A stretch of DNA of 32,000 nt from Bacillus subtilis subsp. subtilis str. 168 (lineage in GTDB: Bacteria; Bacillota; Bacilli; Bacillales; Bacillaceae), in assembly GCF_000009045.1 (NCBI RefSeq), contig NC_000964.3, positions 870,001-902,000 on the forward strand. Reading direction: 5' to 3'. How positions within the stretch are numbered: position 1 is the first letter of the stretch; every line of letters starts with the position of its first letter. A model generated the notes under the pieces. It was not told the origin of the DNA. It saw only the letters and a list, made by a program, of their open reading frames with translations, and did no database searches. The translations under genes were made by a program, and so were the position numbers. This document shows positions 8,081-16,774 of this stretch, one piece after another.

Positions 8081-8770
8081 ATGAAAAAACTTGTGTTTGG
8101 CTTGCTTGCCATTGTGTTATTCGGATGCGGACTATATATCTATCATGTATGGTTCGGTGATCCATTTTCGAAAAATGCTGCAGAACAGAAGCTAGTGTCT
8201 TATGTGAAACAAACCTATCCTAAGAAAGAAATCAAGATCACGAATGGGGTATATAACGCTAAAACGTCTGAATATGTATTTGAAGCAACCTCCCAATCTC
8301 ATCGCTACCCAATGTGTACGAAGGGATTTCTGCATCCTAAAGTAACGTGCGATGGAATTGAAGAAGCGTATACCGAATCAGTAGCAAAACATGTAAATGA
8401 AGAAGCAACGAAGGCAATCGAAGCAGATCTGAAAAAAGCGGTTCCTCGATTTATAAAAGCTGATGCTGCTTTGAGTATCGAAAACGGACAGTTCACGTTA
8501 GATACAAAATGGAACAAAAAGCTGGCTGAAAAAGCGCCTATGAGCATGACGATTCAGTTAGACGCCAGCGGGTTATCAAAAACAGATGCCGCAAAGATGG
8601 CGGAAACGGTCAGAAAAACGCTTAATGAAAAGGGATATACATACTCAAACGGCACGATAGACTGTATGCAGAAGGACGGGGACGGCGGTATTGGATATGT
8701 CAAATATTCAATTGATTTTCTTTCAAAAGCAGCTATTCAGTCAAACGATGCAGAGGAACTAGGAAGTTAA
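8081..8770 (+). CDS. yfjL: Hypothetical exported or membrane-anchored protein (229 aa); possible lipoprotein
   Basis: N-terminal MKKLVFGLLAIVLFGCG (a hydrophobic signal with the lipobox-like LFGC), followed by a hydrophilic Lys/Glu-rich domain. The SD is GAGGAAAAGAGTGGGA. It starts 29 nt after yfjM, so it is probably co-transcribed. Confidence 0.7.
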   Translation: MKKLVFGLLAIVLFGCGLYIYHVWFGDPFSKNAAEQKLVSYVKQTYPKKEIKITNGVYNAKTSEYVFEATSQSHRYPMCTKGFLHPKVTCDGIEEAYTESVAKHVNEEATKAIEADLKKAVPRFIKADAALSIENGQFTLDTKWNKKLAEKAPMSMTIQLDASGLSKTDAAKMAETVRKTLNEKGYTYSNGTIDCMQKDGDGGIGYVKYSIDFLSKAAIQSNDAEELGS

Positions 8771-8810
8771 AAAGATTTCCAAGGAAATAAATACGTCGAT
8801 CATTGTCAAA

Positions 8811-8838
8811 GGCCGGGTGATATCCGGTCTTTTTTTTG
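8811..8838 (+). terminator. Rho-independent terminator after yfjL
   Basis: Stem ggccggg / tccggtc with loop tgata, followed by a run of 8 T. Confidence 0.7.
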
Positions 8839-8864
8839 CATGCTGTAAAACGAGACAAATGAAT

Positions 8865-8905
8865 CAGTTTGAGACAAAACGAGACACACGTCTCAAACTG
8901 TCTCC
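8865..8905. promoter_or_regulatory. Upstream activating sequence candidate for AcoR (nested palindromes and GAGACA repeats)
   Basis: Perfect 11-bp inverted repeat CAGTTTGAGAC (8865-8875) / GTCTCAAACTG (8890-8900). It contains a nested gagac-acac-gtctc palindrome (8881-8894), and further GAGACA/TGTCTC copies occur at 8852, 8871 and 8900. The centre is about 65 bp upstream of the -24 element. Confidence 0.65.
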
Positions 8906-8946
8906 AAAGTGAAGATGAGAAGACTGATTTTACGGGCTCAAAAGAC

Positions 8947-8962
8947 TGGCACACTTCTTGCA
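8947..8962 (+). promoter_or_regulatory. Sigma-54 (SigL) -24/-12 promoter of acoABCL
   Basis: TGGCAC-ACTTC-TTGCA is an exact match to TGGCAC-N5-TTGCA. It lies 40 nt upstream of the acoA ATG, and a sigma-54 activator (acoR) is encoded downstream. Confidence 0.9.
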
Positions 8963-9001
8963 TTTATAATGGTGAACCCTAAATAGAAGGAGGCGCACAA
9001 A

Positions 9002-10003
9002 ATGAAATTGTTAAAACGAGAAGGCTTGTCATTAACTGAGGAAAAAGCGCTGTGGATGTACCAAAAGATGCTGGAGATCAGGGGCTTTGAAGACAAAGTG
9101 CATGAACTGTTCGCCCAGGGAGTGCTTCCCGGATTCGTTCATTTATATGCCGGTGAGGAAGCCGTGGCTGTAGGGGTGTGCGCTCATTTACATGATGGCG
9201 ACAGCATTACAAGCACCCACAGGGGACATGGACATTGTATCGCCAAAGGCTGTGACCTGGACGGCATGATGGCGGAAATTTTCGGGAAAGCGACCGGATT
9301 GTGCAAAGGCAAGGGCGGTTCTATGCACATTGCGGATCTTGATAAAGGCATGTTAGGCGCAAATGGAATCGTCGGGGGCGGCTTTACGCTCGCATGCGGA
9401 TCAGCGCTCACGGCTAAATATAAACAGACTAAAAATGTAAGCGTTTGCTTTTTCGGGGACGGGGCAAATAACCAAGGTACCTTCCACGAAGGGCTGAATT
9501 TAGCGGCTGTATGGAACCTTCCTGTCGTATTTGTTGCTGAAAACAACGGCTATGGCGAAGCTACCCCATTTGAGTACGCATCAGCCTGTGATTCAATCGC
9601 CGATCGGGCGGCTGCTTATAACATGCCGGGGGTTACAGTTGACGGCAAAGATATTTTAGCAGTTTACCAGGCAGCCGAGGAAGCGATAGAAAGAGCAAGA
9701 AACGGCGGCGGCCCGTCTTTGATTGAATGTATGACCTACAGAAACTACGGCCATTTCGAAGGAGATGCCCAAACCTATAAAACGAAGGATGAAAGAGTTG
9801 AGCACCTTGAAGAAAAAGATGCCATTCAAGGTTTTAAAAACTACCTTTTAAAAGAAACAGATGCTAATAAGCTGTCAGACATTGAACAGCGTGTCAGCGA
9901 ATCGATTGAAAAAGCCGTCTCGTTCAGCGAAGACAGCCCATATCCAAAAGATTCGGAGCTGCTGACAGATGTGTATGTGTCATATGAAAAAGGAGGAATG
10001 TAA
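9002..10003 (+). CDS. acoA: Acetoin dehydrogenase E1 component, alpha subunit (TPP-dependent)
   Basis: E1-alpha family with TPP-binding motif GDGANNQG...AENNGYG. SD GAAGGAGG. It is followed by E1-beta, E2 and E3 genes. Confidence 0.92.
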   Translation: MKLLKREGLSLTEEKALWMYQKMLEIRGFEDKVHELFAQGVLPGFVHLYAGEEAVAVGVCAHLHDGDSITSTHRGHGHCIAKGCDLDGMMAEIFGKATGLCKGKGGSMHIADLDKGMLGANGIVGGGFTLACGSALTAKYKQTKNVSVCFFGDGANNQGTFHEGLNLAAVWNLPVVFVAENNGYGEATPFEYASACDSIADRAAAYNMPGVTVDGKDILAVYQAAEEAIERARNGGGPSLIECMTYRNYGHFEGDAQTYKTKDERVEHLEEKDAIQGFKNYLLKETDANKLSDIEQRVSESIEKAVSFSEDSPYPKDSELLTDVYVSYEKGGM

Positions 10004-10006
10004 GAG

Positions 10007-11035
10007 ATGGCGAGAGTCATAAGCATGTCAGACGCGATCAATGAAGCAATGAAGCTTGCGATGAGAAAAGACGAAAATGTGCTTTTGATCGGTGAGGATG
10101 TCGCCGGGGGAGCGGCGGTCGATCATTTGCAGGATGATGAAGCATGGGGCGGTGTATTAGGGGTCACAAAGGGACTCGTACAGGAATTCGGGCGTACAAG
10201 AGTGCTGGACACTCCGATTTCTGAGGCAGGCTATATGGGAGCGGCTATGGCTGCGGCATCAACCGGTTTGAGACCGATTGCCGAGCTGATGTTTAACGAT
10301 TTTATCGGCACGTGCTTTGATCAGGTGATCAACCAAGGGGCGAAATTCCGTTATATGTTCGGCGGAAAAGCGCAAGTGCCGATTACCGTCCGCACCACAT
10401 ACGGAGCAGGGTTCCGGGCCGCTGCCCAGCATTCACAATCGCTGTATGGCCTTTTCACGAGCATCCCTGGACTGAAGACAGTTGTTCCATCCAATCCGTA
10501 TGATGCCAAAGGTCTTTTGCTTGCAGCAATAGAAGATAATGATCCGGTGTTTTTCTTTGAAGACAAAACGTCCTACAACATGAAGGGCGAGGTGCCGGAA
10601 GATTATTATACAATTCCCCTCGGAAAAGCGGATATCAAACGCGAAGGCAATGATGTTACGCTCTTTGCAGTCGGCAAGCAGGTCAATACTGCGCTTGAAG
10701 CGGCTGCACAGCTTTCAGAGAGGGGCATCGAAGCCGAGGTCCTTGATCCCCGCAGTCTGTCTCCTCTGGATGAGGATGCGATTTTCACATCGTTAGAAAA
10801 AACAAACCGGCTGATCATCATTGATGAAGCCAATCCGCGATGCAGCATTGCCACGGATATTGCTGCGCTTGTCGCTGACAAGGGCTTTGATTTGCTTGAT
10901 GCGCCGATTAAACGGATTACAGCGCCGCATACACCGGTTCCGTTTTCACCAGTGCTTGAAGATCAATATTTGCCGACACCAGATAAAATTGTCAGCGTCA
11001 CGCTTGAATTGCTTGGCGAGCCGGCATTGAATTAA
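10007..11035 (+). CDS. acoB: Acetoin dehydrogenase E1 component, beta subunit
   Basis: Transketolase-like pyrimidine-binding and C-terminal domains. The ATG is 3 nt after the acoA stop, with the SD AAAGGAGGAA inside the acoA 3' end. Confidence 0.92.
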   Translation: MARVISMSDAINEAMKLAMRKDENVLLIGEDVAGGAAVDHLQDDEAWGGVLGVTKGLVQEFGRTRVLDTPISEAGYMGAAMAAASTGLRPIAELMFNDFIGTCFDQVINQGAKFRYMFGGKAQVPITVRTTYGAGFRAAAQHSQSLYGLFTSIPGLKTVVPSNPYDAKGLLLAAIEDNDPVFFFEDKTSYNMKGEVPEDYYTIPLGKADIKREGNDVTLFAVGKQVNTALEAAAQLSERGIEAEVLDPRSLSPLDEDAIFTSLEKTNRLIIIDEANPRCSIATDIAALVADKGFDLLDAPIKRITAPHTPVPFSPVLEDQYLPTPDKIVSVTLELLGEPALN

Positions 11036-11048
11036 AGGGGGGACACAA

Positions 11049-12245
11049 ATGGCGGTAAAAGTAGTGATGCCAAAATTGGGAATGGCCATGAAACAAGGGG
11101 AAGTATCGATATGGAATAAAAAAGTAGGCGACCCGGTTGAAAAGGGAGAAAGCATTGCCAGCATTCAATCGGAGAAAATTGAAATGGAGATCGAAGCGCC
11201 TGAAAAAGGAACGCTGATCGATATCAAAGTGAAAGAGGGAGAAGAGGTTCCGCCCGGCACAGCTATCTGCTATATCGGGGACGCCAATGAGTCGGTGCAG
11301 GAAGAGGCGGGGGCGCCTGTTGCTGAAGACAATATGCCGCAAGCCGTCCAGCCCGTCAAACAAGAAAACAAACCCGCAGCCTCCAAAAAAGATCGAATGA
11401 AAATATCTCCAGTCGCCAGGAAAATAGCAGAAAAAGCAGGATTAGACCTAAAACAACTGAAAGGAACTGGACCAGGCGGACGAATCGTGAAGGATGACGT
11501 AACAAAGGCTCTTGCTGAACAGAAAAAAGATCAAGCAAAGCCTGTTTCGGAGCAGAAAGCGCAGGAAATCCCGGTGACAGGCATGAGAAAGGTCATCGCT
11601 GCCCGAATGCAGGAAAGCCTGGCAAACAGCGCGCAGCTGACGATCACGATGAAAGCTGATATCACCAAGCTTGCCACTCTTCAAAAACAGCTTTCACCAA
11701 CTGCGGAAGAGAGATACGGCACAAAACTGACGATCACTCATTTTGTCTCAAGAGCCGCCGTTCTCGCTCTGCAAGCTCACCCTGTGCTGAACAGCTTTTA
11801 TCAAAATGAGCGCATCATCACACATCCCCATGTGCACCTTGGTATGGCTGTAGCCTTGGAAAATGGCTTAGTGGTGCCTGTCATCCGCCATGCTGAAAAG
11901 CTATCGCTGATTGAACTGGCTCAATCCATCTCAGAAAATGCCAAAAAAGCACGCGAGGGACGTGCGGGAAGCGAAGAACTGCAAGGATCTACTTTCTCCA
12001 TTACAAACCTTGGCGCGTTTGGAGTTGAGCATTTCACACCGATACTAAATCCGCCGGAAACAGGCATTCTCGGCATCGGAGCAAGCTATGACACACCGGT
12101 GTATCAAGGGGAGGAGATCGTCAGAAGCACGATCCTGCCACTCAGCCTGACATTTGATCACAGAGCGTGTGACGGCGCCCCTGCCGCTGCATTCCTGAAG
12201 GCGATGAAAACATATTTGGAAGAACCCGCAGCATTAATTTTATAG
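11049..12245 (+). CDS. acoC: Acetoin dehydrogenase E2 (dihydrolipoamide acetyltransferase)
   Basis: N-terminal lipoyl domain (IQSEKIEMEIEAP lipoyl-Lys), E3-binding domain (ISPVARKIAEKAGLDL) and catalytic motif DHRACDG. Confidence 0.92.
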   Translation: MAVKVVMPKLGMAMKQGEVSIWNKKVGDPVEKGESIASIQSEKIEMEIEAPEKGTLIDIKVKEGEEVPPGTAICYIGDANESVQEEAGAPVAEDNMPQAVQPVKQENKPAASKKDRMKISPVARKIAEKAGLDLKQLKGTGPGGRIVKDDVTKALAEQKKDQAKPVSEQKAQEIPVTGMRKVIAARMQESLANSAQLTITMKADITKLATLQKQLSPTAEERYGTKLTITHFVSRAAVLALQAHPVLNSFYQNERIITHPHVHLGMAVALENGLVVPVIRHAEKLSLIELAQSISENAKKAREGRAGSEELQGSTFSITNLGAFGVEHFTPILNPPETGILGIGASYDTPVYQGEEIVRSTILPLSLTFDHRACDGAPAAAFLKAMKTYLEEPAALIL

Positions 12246-12265
12246 GAAAAGCAGGTGAAAACGAC

Positions 12266-13642
12266 ATGACATTAGCCATTATCGGCGGCGGACCTGCAGG
12301 CTATGCGGCTGCGGTTTCCGCGGCACAGCAGGGCAGAAACGTGCTGCTCATTGACAAAGGCAAGCTTGGGGGGACCTGCCTGAATGAAGGCTGCATCCCG
12401 ACAAAGTCTTTGTTAGAAAGCGCAAACGTTCTTGATAAAATCAAGCATGCCGACAGCTTTGGAATCGAACTTCCGGCAGGTGCGATATCAGTCGATTGGA
12501 GTAAAATGCAAAGCCGAAAACAACAGGTTGTCAGTCAGCTTGTCCAAGGCGTTCAGTACCTAATGAAGAAAAATCAAATACAGGTTGTAAAGGGAACAGC
12601 CTCCTTTCTTTCTGAAAGAAAGCTCTTGATCGAAGGAGAAAACGGAAAAGAAATCAGAGAGGCGGACCAAGTATTGATTGCCTCCGGGTCAGAGCCAATC
12701 GAGCTGCCTTTTGCCCCATTTGACGGCGAATGGATCCTCGACAGCAAAGACGCGCTTTCTCTTTCCGAGATTCCGTCTTCACTAGTCATTGTCGGCGGCG
12801 GTGTCATCGGGTGTGAGTATGCAGGGCTGTTCGCCAGATTGGGATCGCAGGTGACCATCATTGAAACAGCGGACCGGCTGATCCCGGCTGAAGATGAAGA
12901 TATTGCCCGTCTCTTTCAGGAGAAACTTGAGGAAGACGGTGTCGAAGTGCATACTTCATCCAGATTAGGGCGGGTGGATCAAACGGCCAAAACGGCAATA
13001 TGGAAAAGCGGTCAGCGAGAGTTTAAAACGAAGGCCGATTATGTGCTGGTGGCGATCGGCAGAAAACCCCGTCTTGACGGATTGCAGCTGGAACAGGCCG
13101 GAGTTGATTTTTCTCCAAAGGGCATTCCGGTGAATGGGCACATGCAGACGAACGTGCCTCATATTTACGCGTGCGGAGATGCTATAGGGGGCATTCAGCT
13201 CGCGCATGCCGCTTTCCATGAGGGCATCATCGCTGCTTCTCATGCTTCCGGAAGGGATGTCAAAATCAATGAGAAACATGTGCCGCGCTGCATCTATACG
13301 TCCCCGGAAATCGCGTGTATCGGAATGACAGAACGACAGGCAAGAAGCATATACGGGGATGTGAAGATCGGCGAATTTTCATTTTCCGCAAACGGCAAGG
13401 CGCTCATTAAACAGCAAGCGGAAGGAAAGGTCAAAATCATGGCTGAACCGGAATTCGGCGAAATCGTGGGTGTCTCGATGATTGGCCCGGATGTAACCGA
13501 GCTCATCGGCCAAGCGGCAGCGATCATGAATGGTGAGATGACGGCAGATATGGCGGAGCATTTTATCGCCGCCCATCCGACTTTATCGGAAACATTGCAT
13601 GAGGCGCTGTTAAGCACGATCGGCCTTGCGGTACATGCATAA
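12266..13642 (+). CDS. acoL: Dihydrolipoamide dehydrogenase E3
   Basis: FAD motif IIGGGPAGY, redox-active disulfide GGTCLNEGCIPTK, NAD motif VGGGVIGCE and a C-terminal dimerisation domain. Confidence 0.92.
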   Translation: MTLAIIGGGPAGYAAAVSAAQQGRNVLLIDKGKLGGTCLNEGCIPTKSLLESANVLDKIKHADSFGIELPAGAISVDWSKMQSRKQQVVSQLVQGVQYLMKKNQIQVVKGTASFLSERKLLIEGENGKEIREADQVLIASGSEPIELPFAPFDGEWILDSKDALSLSEIPSSLVIVGGGVIGCEYAGLFARLGSQVTIIETADRLIPAEDEDIARLFQEKLEEDGVEVHTSSRLGRVDQTAKTAIWKSGQREFKTKADYVLVAIGRKPRLDGLQLEQAGVDFSPKGIPVNGHMQTNVPHIYACGDAIGGIQLAHAAFHEGIIAASHASGRDVKINEKHVPRCIYTSPEIACIGMTERQARSIYGDVKIGEFSFSANGKALIKQQAEGKVKIMAEPEFGEIVGVSMIGPDVTELIGQAAAIMNGEMTADMAEHFIAAHPTLSETLHEALLSTIGLAVHA

Positions 13643-13650
13643 TAAAGGAA

Positions 13651-13686
13651 AAAGCAGGCGCATGGATATAAGGCGCCTGCTTTTTT
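13651..13686 (+). terminator. Rho-independent terminator after acoL
   Basis: Stem gcaggcgc (13654-13661) / gcgcctgc (13673-13680), followed by tttttt. Confidence 0.8.
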
Positions 13687-13690
13687 ATTG

Positions 13691-13719
13691 TTGAAAGCGC
13701 TTTATTTTTCCCCTACAAT
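13691..13719 (+). promoter_or_regulatory. Sigma-A promoter of acoR with an overlapping cre-like box
   Basis: TTGAAA (13691-13696), 17-nt spacer, TACAAT (13714-13719). TGAAAGCGCTTTAT (13692-13705) matches the cre consensus TGWAANCGNTNWCA at 12 of 14 positions. Confidence 0.6.
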
Positions 13720-13757
13720 AGATGAAAACGGCGTGTAAGGGAGGAGCGATCAAGGAA

Positions 13758-15575
13758 ATGAATTCGGTCCCAAACGATTTGCAAACCTGGAAACGTTTTG
13801 TGAAAGACGGTGTGCTTGACGAAGCCCGATTAAGAAAACGGATTGCAGAGTCATGGCATCGCTGCAAAAAAGCTGAGGTCAATCCTTATTTAGAAAAAGG
13901 CCCGAAGGTTTTACAGCAAACGGAGCTGGATCAGCAGTCAAAAAAACATTCATTCTTCTTGACGACCGCAAAGCCTTACCTCGAAAAACTGCTGCCTGCC
14001 ATAAAAGAAATGGAAATGATGGCGCTGTTAATTGATTCAGACGGTGTTGTTCTGGCATTGGACGGCCATCCGCGCGCGCTCTATGAAGCCAAACGCATCA
14101 ATTTCGTCGAAGGGGCATGCTGGACAGAAACGGCTGTCGGAACAAATGCGATTGGCACGGCGCTCCACATCAGCGAGCCGGTTGCAATACAAGGATCAGA
14201 GCATTACTCTATCGCTTCCCATCTTTGGAACTGTTCAGCTGCTCCGATTCACCATGAGGATGGCAGCCTTGCGGGTGTAATTGACATATCATGCCCGGCG
14301 GCAGGCGCGCATCCTCATATGCTTGGTATTGCCACGGCGATTGCCTATGCCGCTGAACGGGAACTCGCAGCTAAAAGCCGTGAGAAAGAGCTGGAGCTGA
14401 TCAGCCGTTTTGGGGAGAGAGCTGCATCCAGTGTGCCGATGGTGCTCTGTAATACCAAGCAGCACATCATCAGTGCGAGCATGCCGATTCGAACCTCAAT
14501 GCCGGATTGGCAGGGCCGGCACCTGTACGAGTTGAAGGAACGGGGCTATTCAATCGAAAATGCTGTCACCATAGGAGATGGCGGCACTTGTTTTTATCTT
14601 TCGGAACAAAAGAAAAAGAAGGCGTTTCGATTCAATGGAGTGATCGGGCAAAGCGGCCGATCGCAAGCGATGCTGATGCACCTTGAACGAGCAGCTGCGA
14701 CGGATGCATCGGTCTGTTTGTCGGGTGAAACGGGTACGGGGAAGGAGGTCGCGGCTCGCGCGCTTCATGAGAACAGTGAGAGACGGCACGGTCCGTTTGT
14801 TGCTGTCAATTGCGGAGCGATTCCGTCTGATTTGATTGAAAGCGAACTGTTCGGATATGCAGAGGGCGCTTTTACGGGAGCGAAACGAAATGGCTATAAA
14901 GGCGCCTTTCAAAAAGCGAATCAAGGCACATTATTTTTAGATGAAATCGGAGAAATTTCCCACTCGATGCAGGTTGCACTTTTACGGGTGCTTCAGGAAC
15001 GCAAGATAACGCCAATCGGCGGGACGAAAGAAATTCCGGTTGATATCAGAGTTATTGCCGCCACACATTGTGATTTACGCGAGCTTGCCGAAAACGGAAA
15101 AATCAGAGAGGACTTGTTTTACCGTCTTCATGTCTATCCAATTGAACTCCCTCCATTACGCGATCGCACCGAGGATATCCCGGATCTCTTTGAGTACTAC
15201 AAACAGAAGAATCATTGGCCAGGCGATCTTCCTTCTGATTTTTGTAATGTGCTGAAGCAATGGAAGTGGCCGGGGAATATCCGCGAGCTGTTTAATGTGT
15301 TTGAACGTCTTTCTATCAGATTTCCGGACGGCCGGCTGAGAGATGAATCGCTTCCCGCTTTACTGGAAGCCGCTGGATTGCCGGCCAGCTCTGCAGAAAA
15401 AAAGCCGGCTGCTGCCGGCGTGCTTACTTTTCGTGAGCAAATCCAAAAGGATATGATGATCAAAGCGCTTGAATCTGCAAAAGGAAACGTCTCTCAAGCC
15501 GCAAAAATCAGCGGGATCCCCCGAAGCACTTTCTACAAACGCCTGAAAAAATTCAACTTGTCCGCTGAATCATAA
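13758..15575 (+). CDS. acoR: Sigma-54-dependent transcriptional activator of the aco operon (bEBP)
   Basis: N-terminal sensory (GAF-like) region. AAA+ sigma-54 interaction domain with Walker A GETGTGKE and the GAFTGA loop (EGAFTGA). C-terminal Fis-type HTH ([19 protein letters not shown]). The ORF-track ATG at 13722 lies only 2 nt after the predicted -10 hexamer (13714-13719), upstream of the expected TSS, so ATG 13758 is preferred. Confidence 0.88.
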   Translation: MNSVPNDLQTWKRFVKDGVLDEARLRKRIAESWHRCKKAEVNPYLEKGPKVLQQTELDQQSKKHSFFLTTAKPYLEKLLPAIKEMEMMALLIDSDGVVLALDGHPRALYEAKRINFVEGACWTETAVGTNAIGTALHISEPVAIQGSEHYSIASHLWNCSAAPIHHEDGSLAGVIDISCPAAGAHPHMLGIATAIAYAAERELAAKSREKELELISRFGERAASSVPMVLCNTKQHIISASMPIRTSMPDWQGRHLYELKERGYSIENAVTIGDGGTCFYLSEQKKKKAFRFNGVIGQSGRSQAMLMHLERAAATDASVCLSGETGTGKEVAARALHENSERRHGPFVAVNCGAIPSDLIESELFGYAEGAFTGAKRNGYKGAFQKANQGTLFLDEIGEISHSMQVALLRVLQERKITPIGGTKEIPVDIRVIAATHCDLRELAENGKIREDLFYRLHVYPIELPPLRDRTEDIPDLFEYYKQKNHWPGDLPSDFCNVLKQWKWPGNIRELFNVFERLSIRFPDGRLRDESLPALLEAAGLPASSAEKKPAAAGVLTFREQIQKDMMIKALESAKGNVSQAAKISGIPRSTFYKRLKKFNLSAES

Positions 15576-15628
15576 AGCATACTTCCTTCAGGAAATGGAA
15601 ACGTTATGTATTGAAGGAGGGTGTTACG

Positions 15629-15808
15629 ATGAATATTCAAAGGGCGAAAGAAATTGTAGAATCTCCCGACATGAAGAAAGTAACATATAACGGCGTTCCT
15701 ATTTACATTCAGCACGTAAATGAAGAAACTGGAACAGCAAGAATTTATCCGCTTGACGAACCGCAAGAGGAGCATGAAGTGCAGCTGAACAGCTTAAAAG
15801 AGGATTAA
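15629..15808 (+). CDS. sspH: Small acid-soluble spore protein, SspH family (59 aa)
   Basis: MNIQRAKEIVESPDMKKVTYNGVPIYIQHV... is recognised as the SspH family. SD GAAGGAGGG is 8 nt upstream of ATG 15629; the ORF-track start at 15611 precedes that SD. Confidence 0.85.
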   Translation: MNIQRAKEIVESPDMKKVTYNGVPIYIQHVNEETGTARIYPLDEPQEEHEVQLNSLKED

Positions 15809-15811
15809 ACA

Positions 15812-15843
15812 AAAATGGCCCGCTTCATAAGCAGGCCATTTTG
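15812..15843. terminator. Bidirectional terminator between convergent sspH and yfjF
   Basis: Arms aaaatggcccgc / gcaggccatttt (one mismatch). A-run on the left and T-run on the right. Confidence 0.7.
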
Positions 15844-16173
15844 TTATCCGCGCGGCGCAAATAAAATAACACAGACACCGATGAGACAAATGAATGCGCC
15901 GATCCAGTCATACAGATCAGGTGTTTTCCGGTCAACAAGCCATCCCCACAGGACCGCAAGCACGATGAATACTCCGCCATAAGCGGCGTATACACGGCCG
16001 AAAGATGGGAAGGACTGAAACGTCGGAAGAATGCCGTATACAATGAGGATCAGCGCCCCGGCGATTCCGTAGCCAGCTGGCTTTGCCTCTCTCAGCCATA
16101 GCCAAACCAGATATCCGCCGCCAATTTCAGCAAGCCCTGCCGCGAGAAATAAAAGAATGGTAATCAGCATCAT
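15844..16173 (-). CDS. yfjF: Small 4-TM membrane protein, UPF0060 (YnfA-like, SMR/DMT-related) family
   Basis: 109 aa and almost entirely hydrophobic, with the conserved [10 protein letters not shown] motif. SD GAGGAG, with ATG at 16173; the ORF-track GTG at 16179 abuts the SD. It is the last gene of the minus-strand yfj operon. Confidence 0.8.
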   Translation of the reverse strand: MMLITILLFLAAGLAEIGGGYLVWLWLREAKPAGYGIAGALILIVYGILPTFQSFPSFGRVYAAYGGVFIVLAVLWGWLVDRKTPDLYDWIGAFICLIGVCVILFAPRG

Positions 16174-16222
16174 GAGCACTCCTCAATTTGCATTTATCTT
16201 TCATTATAGAGGAGGAGAGCTT

Positions 16223-16765
16223 TTAAAGCTTCGGATGATTCTCAAATTCCTTCAAATACGCTTTTCGCTGAACCTCTGTAAATTGGCTGATCCAATTGTT
16301 TTGAGCCTCTTCATTCAAATGGGGAAGGATATAGCGTTCAACCGCTTCGAAAAACAGCGGATTCGTGATGATGTTCCAGGTCGGGATTCGAACGATTTTG
16401 CCGTCTGTTTTCTCGATGATAATATCCTCAAAAAAGATCCCTTTCAAACTGTATTGATGGCGTCCCATATAAAGCCGCTTCACCTCGGAAAACAGCACGC
16501 TGCGCTTTCTCAAGAAGATTTCGCCACTAGGTCCGGTCTTTATGGTGAAAATGACATTTCCACGGCTTGTGAACGCAGGAAAAGCCATAAAGAATGTGAT
16601 CAATCCATAAATCATCGCCAGTAATCCGCCGCCCAAATAAAGCAGGGCATATTTAGATTCAAACGTGAGGGCTTCAGACACCAGCCAGACTCCCACAATA
16701 AAGGCGCCCCCTGTAGCGAGGAACAGCCAAGCCCTTAGAAACATCATGCTTTTTACTTCAATCAT
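16223..16765 (-). CDS. yfjE: 2-TM membrane protein, paralogue of YfjD; candidate immunity protein
   Basis: Two N-terminal TM helices (FLRAWLFLATGGAFIVGVWLV; ALLYLGGGLLAMIYGLITFFMAF) followed by a soluble ~110-aa domain. The C-terminal 56 aa are nearly identical to YfjD. Confidence 0.8.
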   Translation of the reverse strand: MIEVKSMMFLRAWLFLATGGAFIVGVWLVSEALTFESKYALLYLGGGLLAMIYGLITFFMAFPAFTSRGNVIFTIKTGPSGEIFLRKRSVLFSEVKRLYMGRHQYSLKGIFFEDIIIEKTDGKIVRIPTWNIITNPLFFEAVERYILPHLNEEAQNNWISQFTEVQRKAYLKEFENHPKL

Positions 16766-16774
16766 GTGCTGCCC

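Noticed and set aside
8843-8856. A cre-like TGTAAAACGAGACA upstream of the aco UAS.
   Set aside because: It has one extra base between TGTAA and CG relative to TGWAANCGNTNWCA, so the register is broken. It also overlaps a GAGACA half-site, which explains part of the resemblance.
13722-13757. An upstream ATG giving a 617-aa AcoR.
   Set aside because: This ATG lies only 2 nt after the TACAAT -10 hexamer (13714-13719), upstream of the expected transcription start, and has no SD. ATG 13758 is used instead, although its SD spacing (13 nt from GGAGG) is not ideal.
15577-15606. A possible forespore (sigma-G type) promoter upstream of sspH: GCATA-N18-AACGTTA.
   Set aside because: The -10 does not match CATnnTA well, so I could not support it from the sequence alone. 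The promoter probably lies here, but its exact elements are uncertain.
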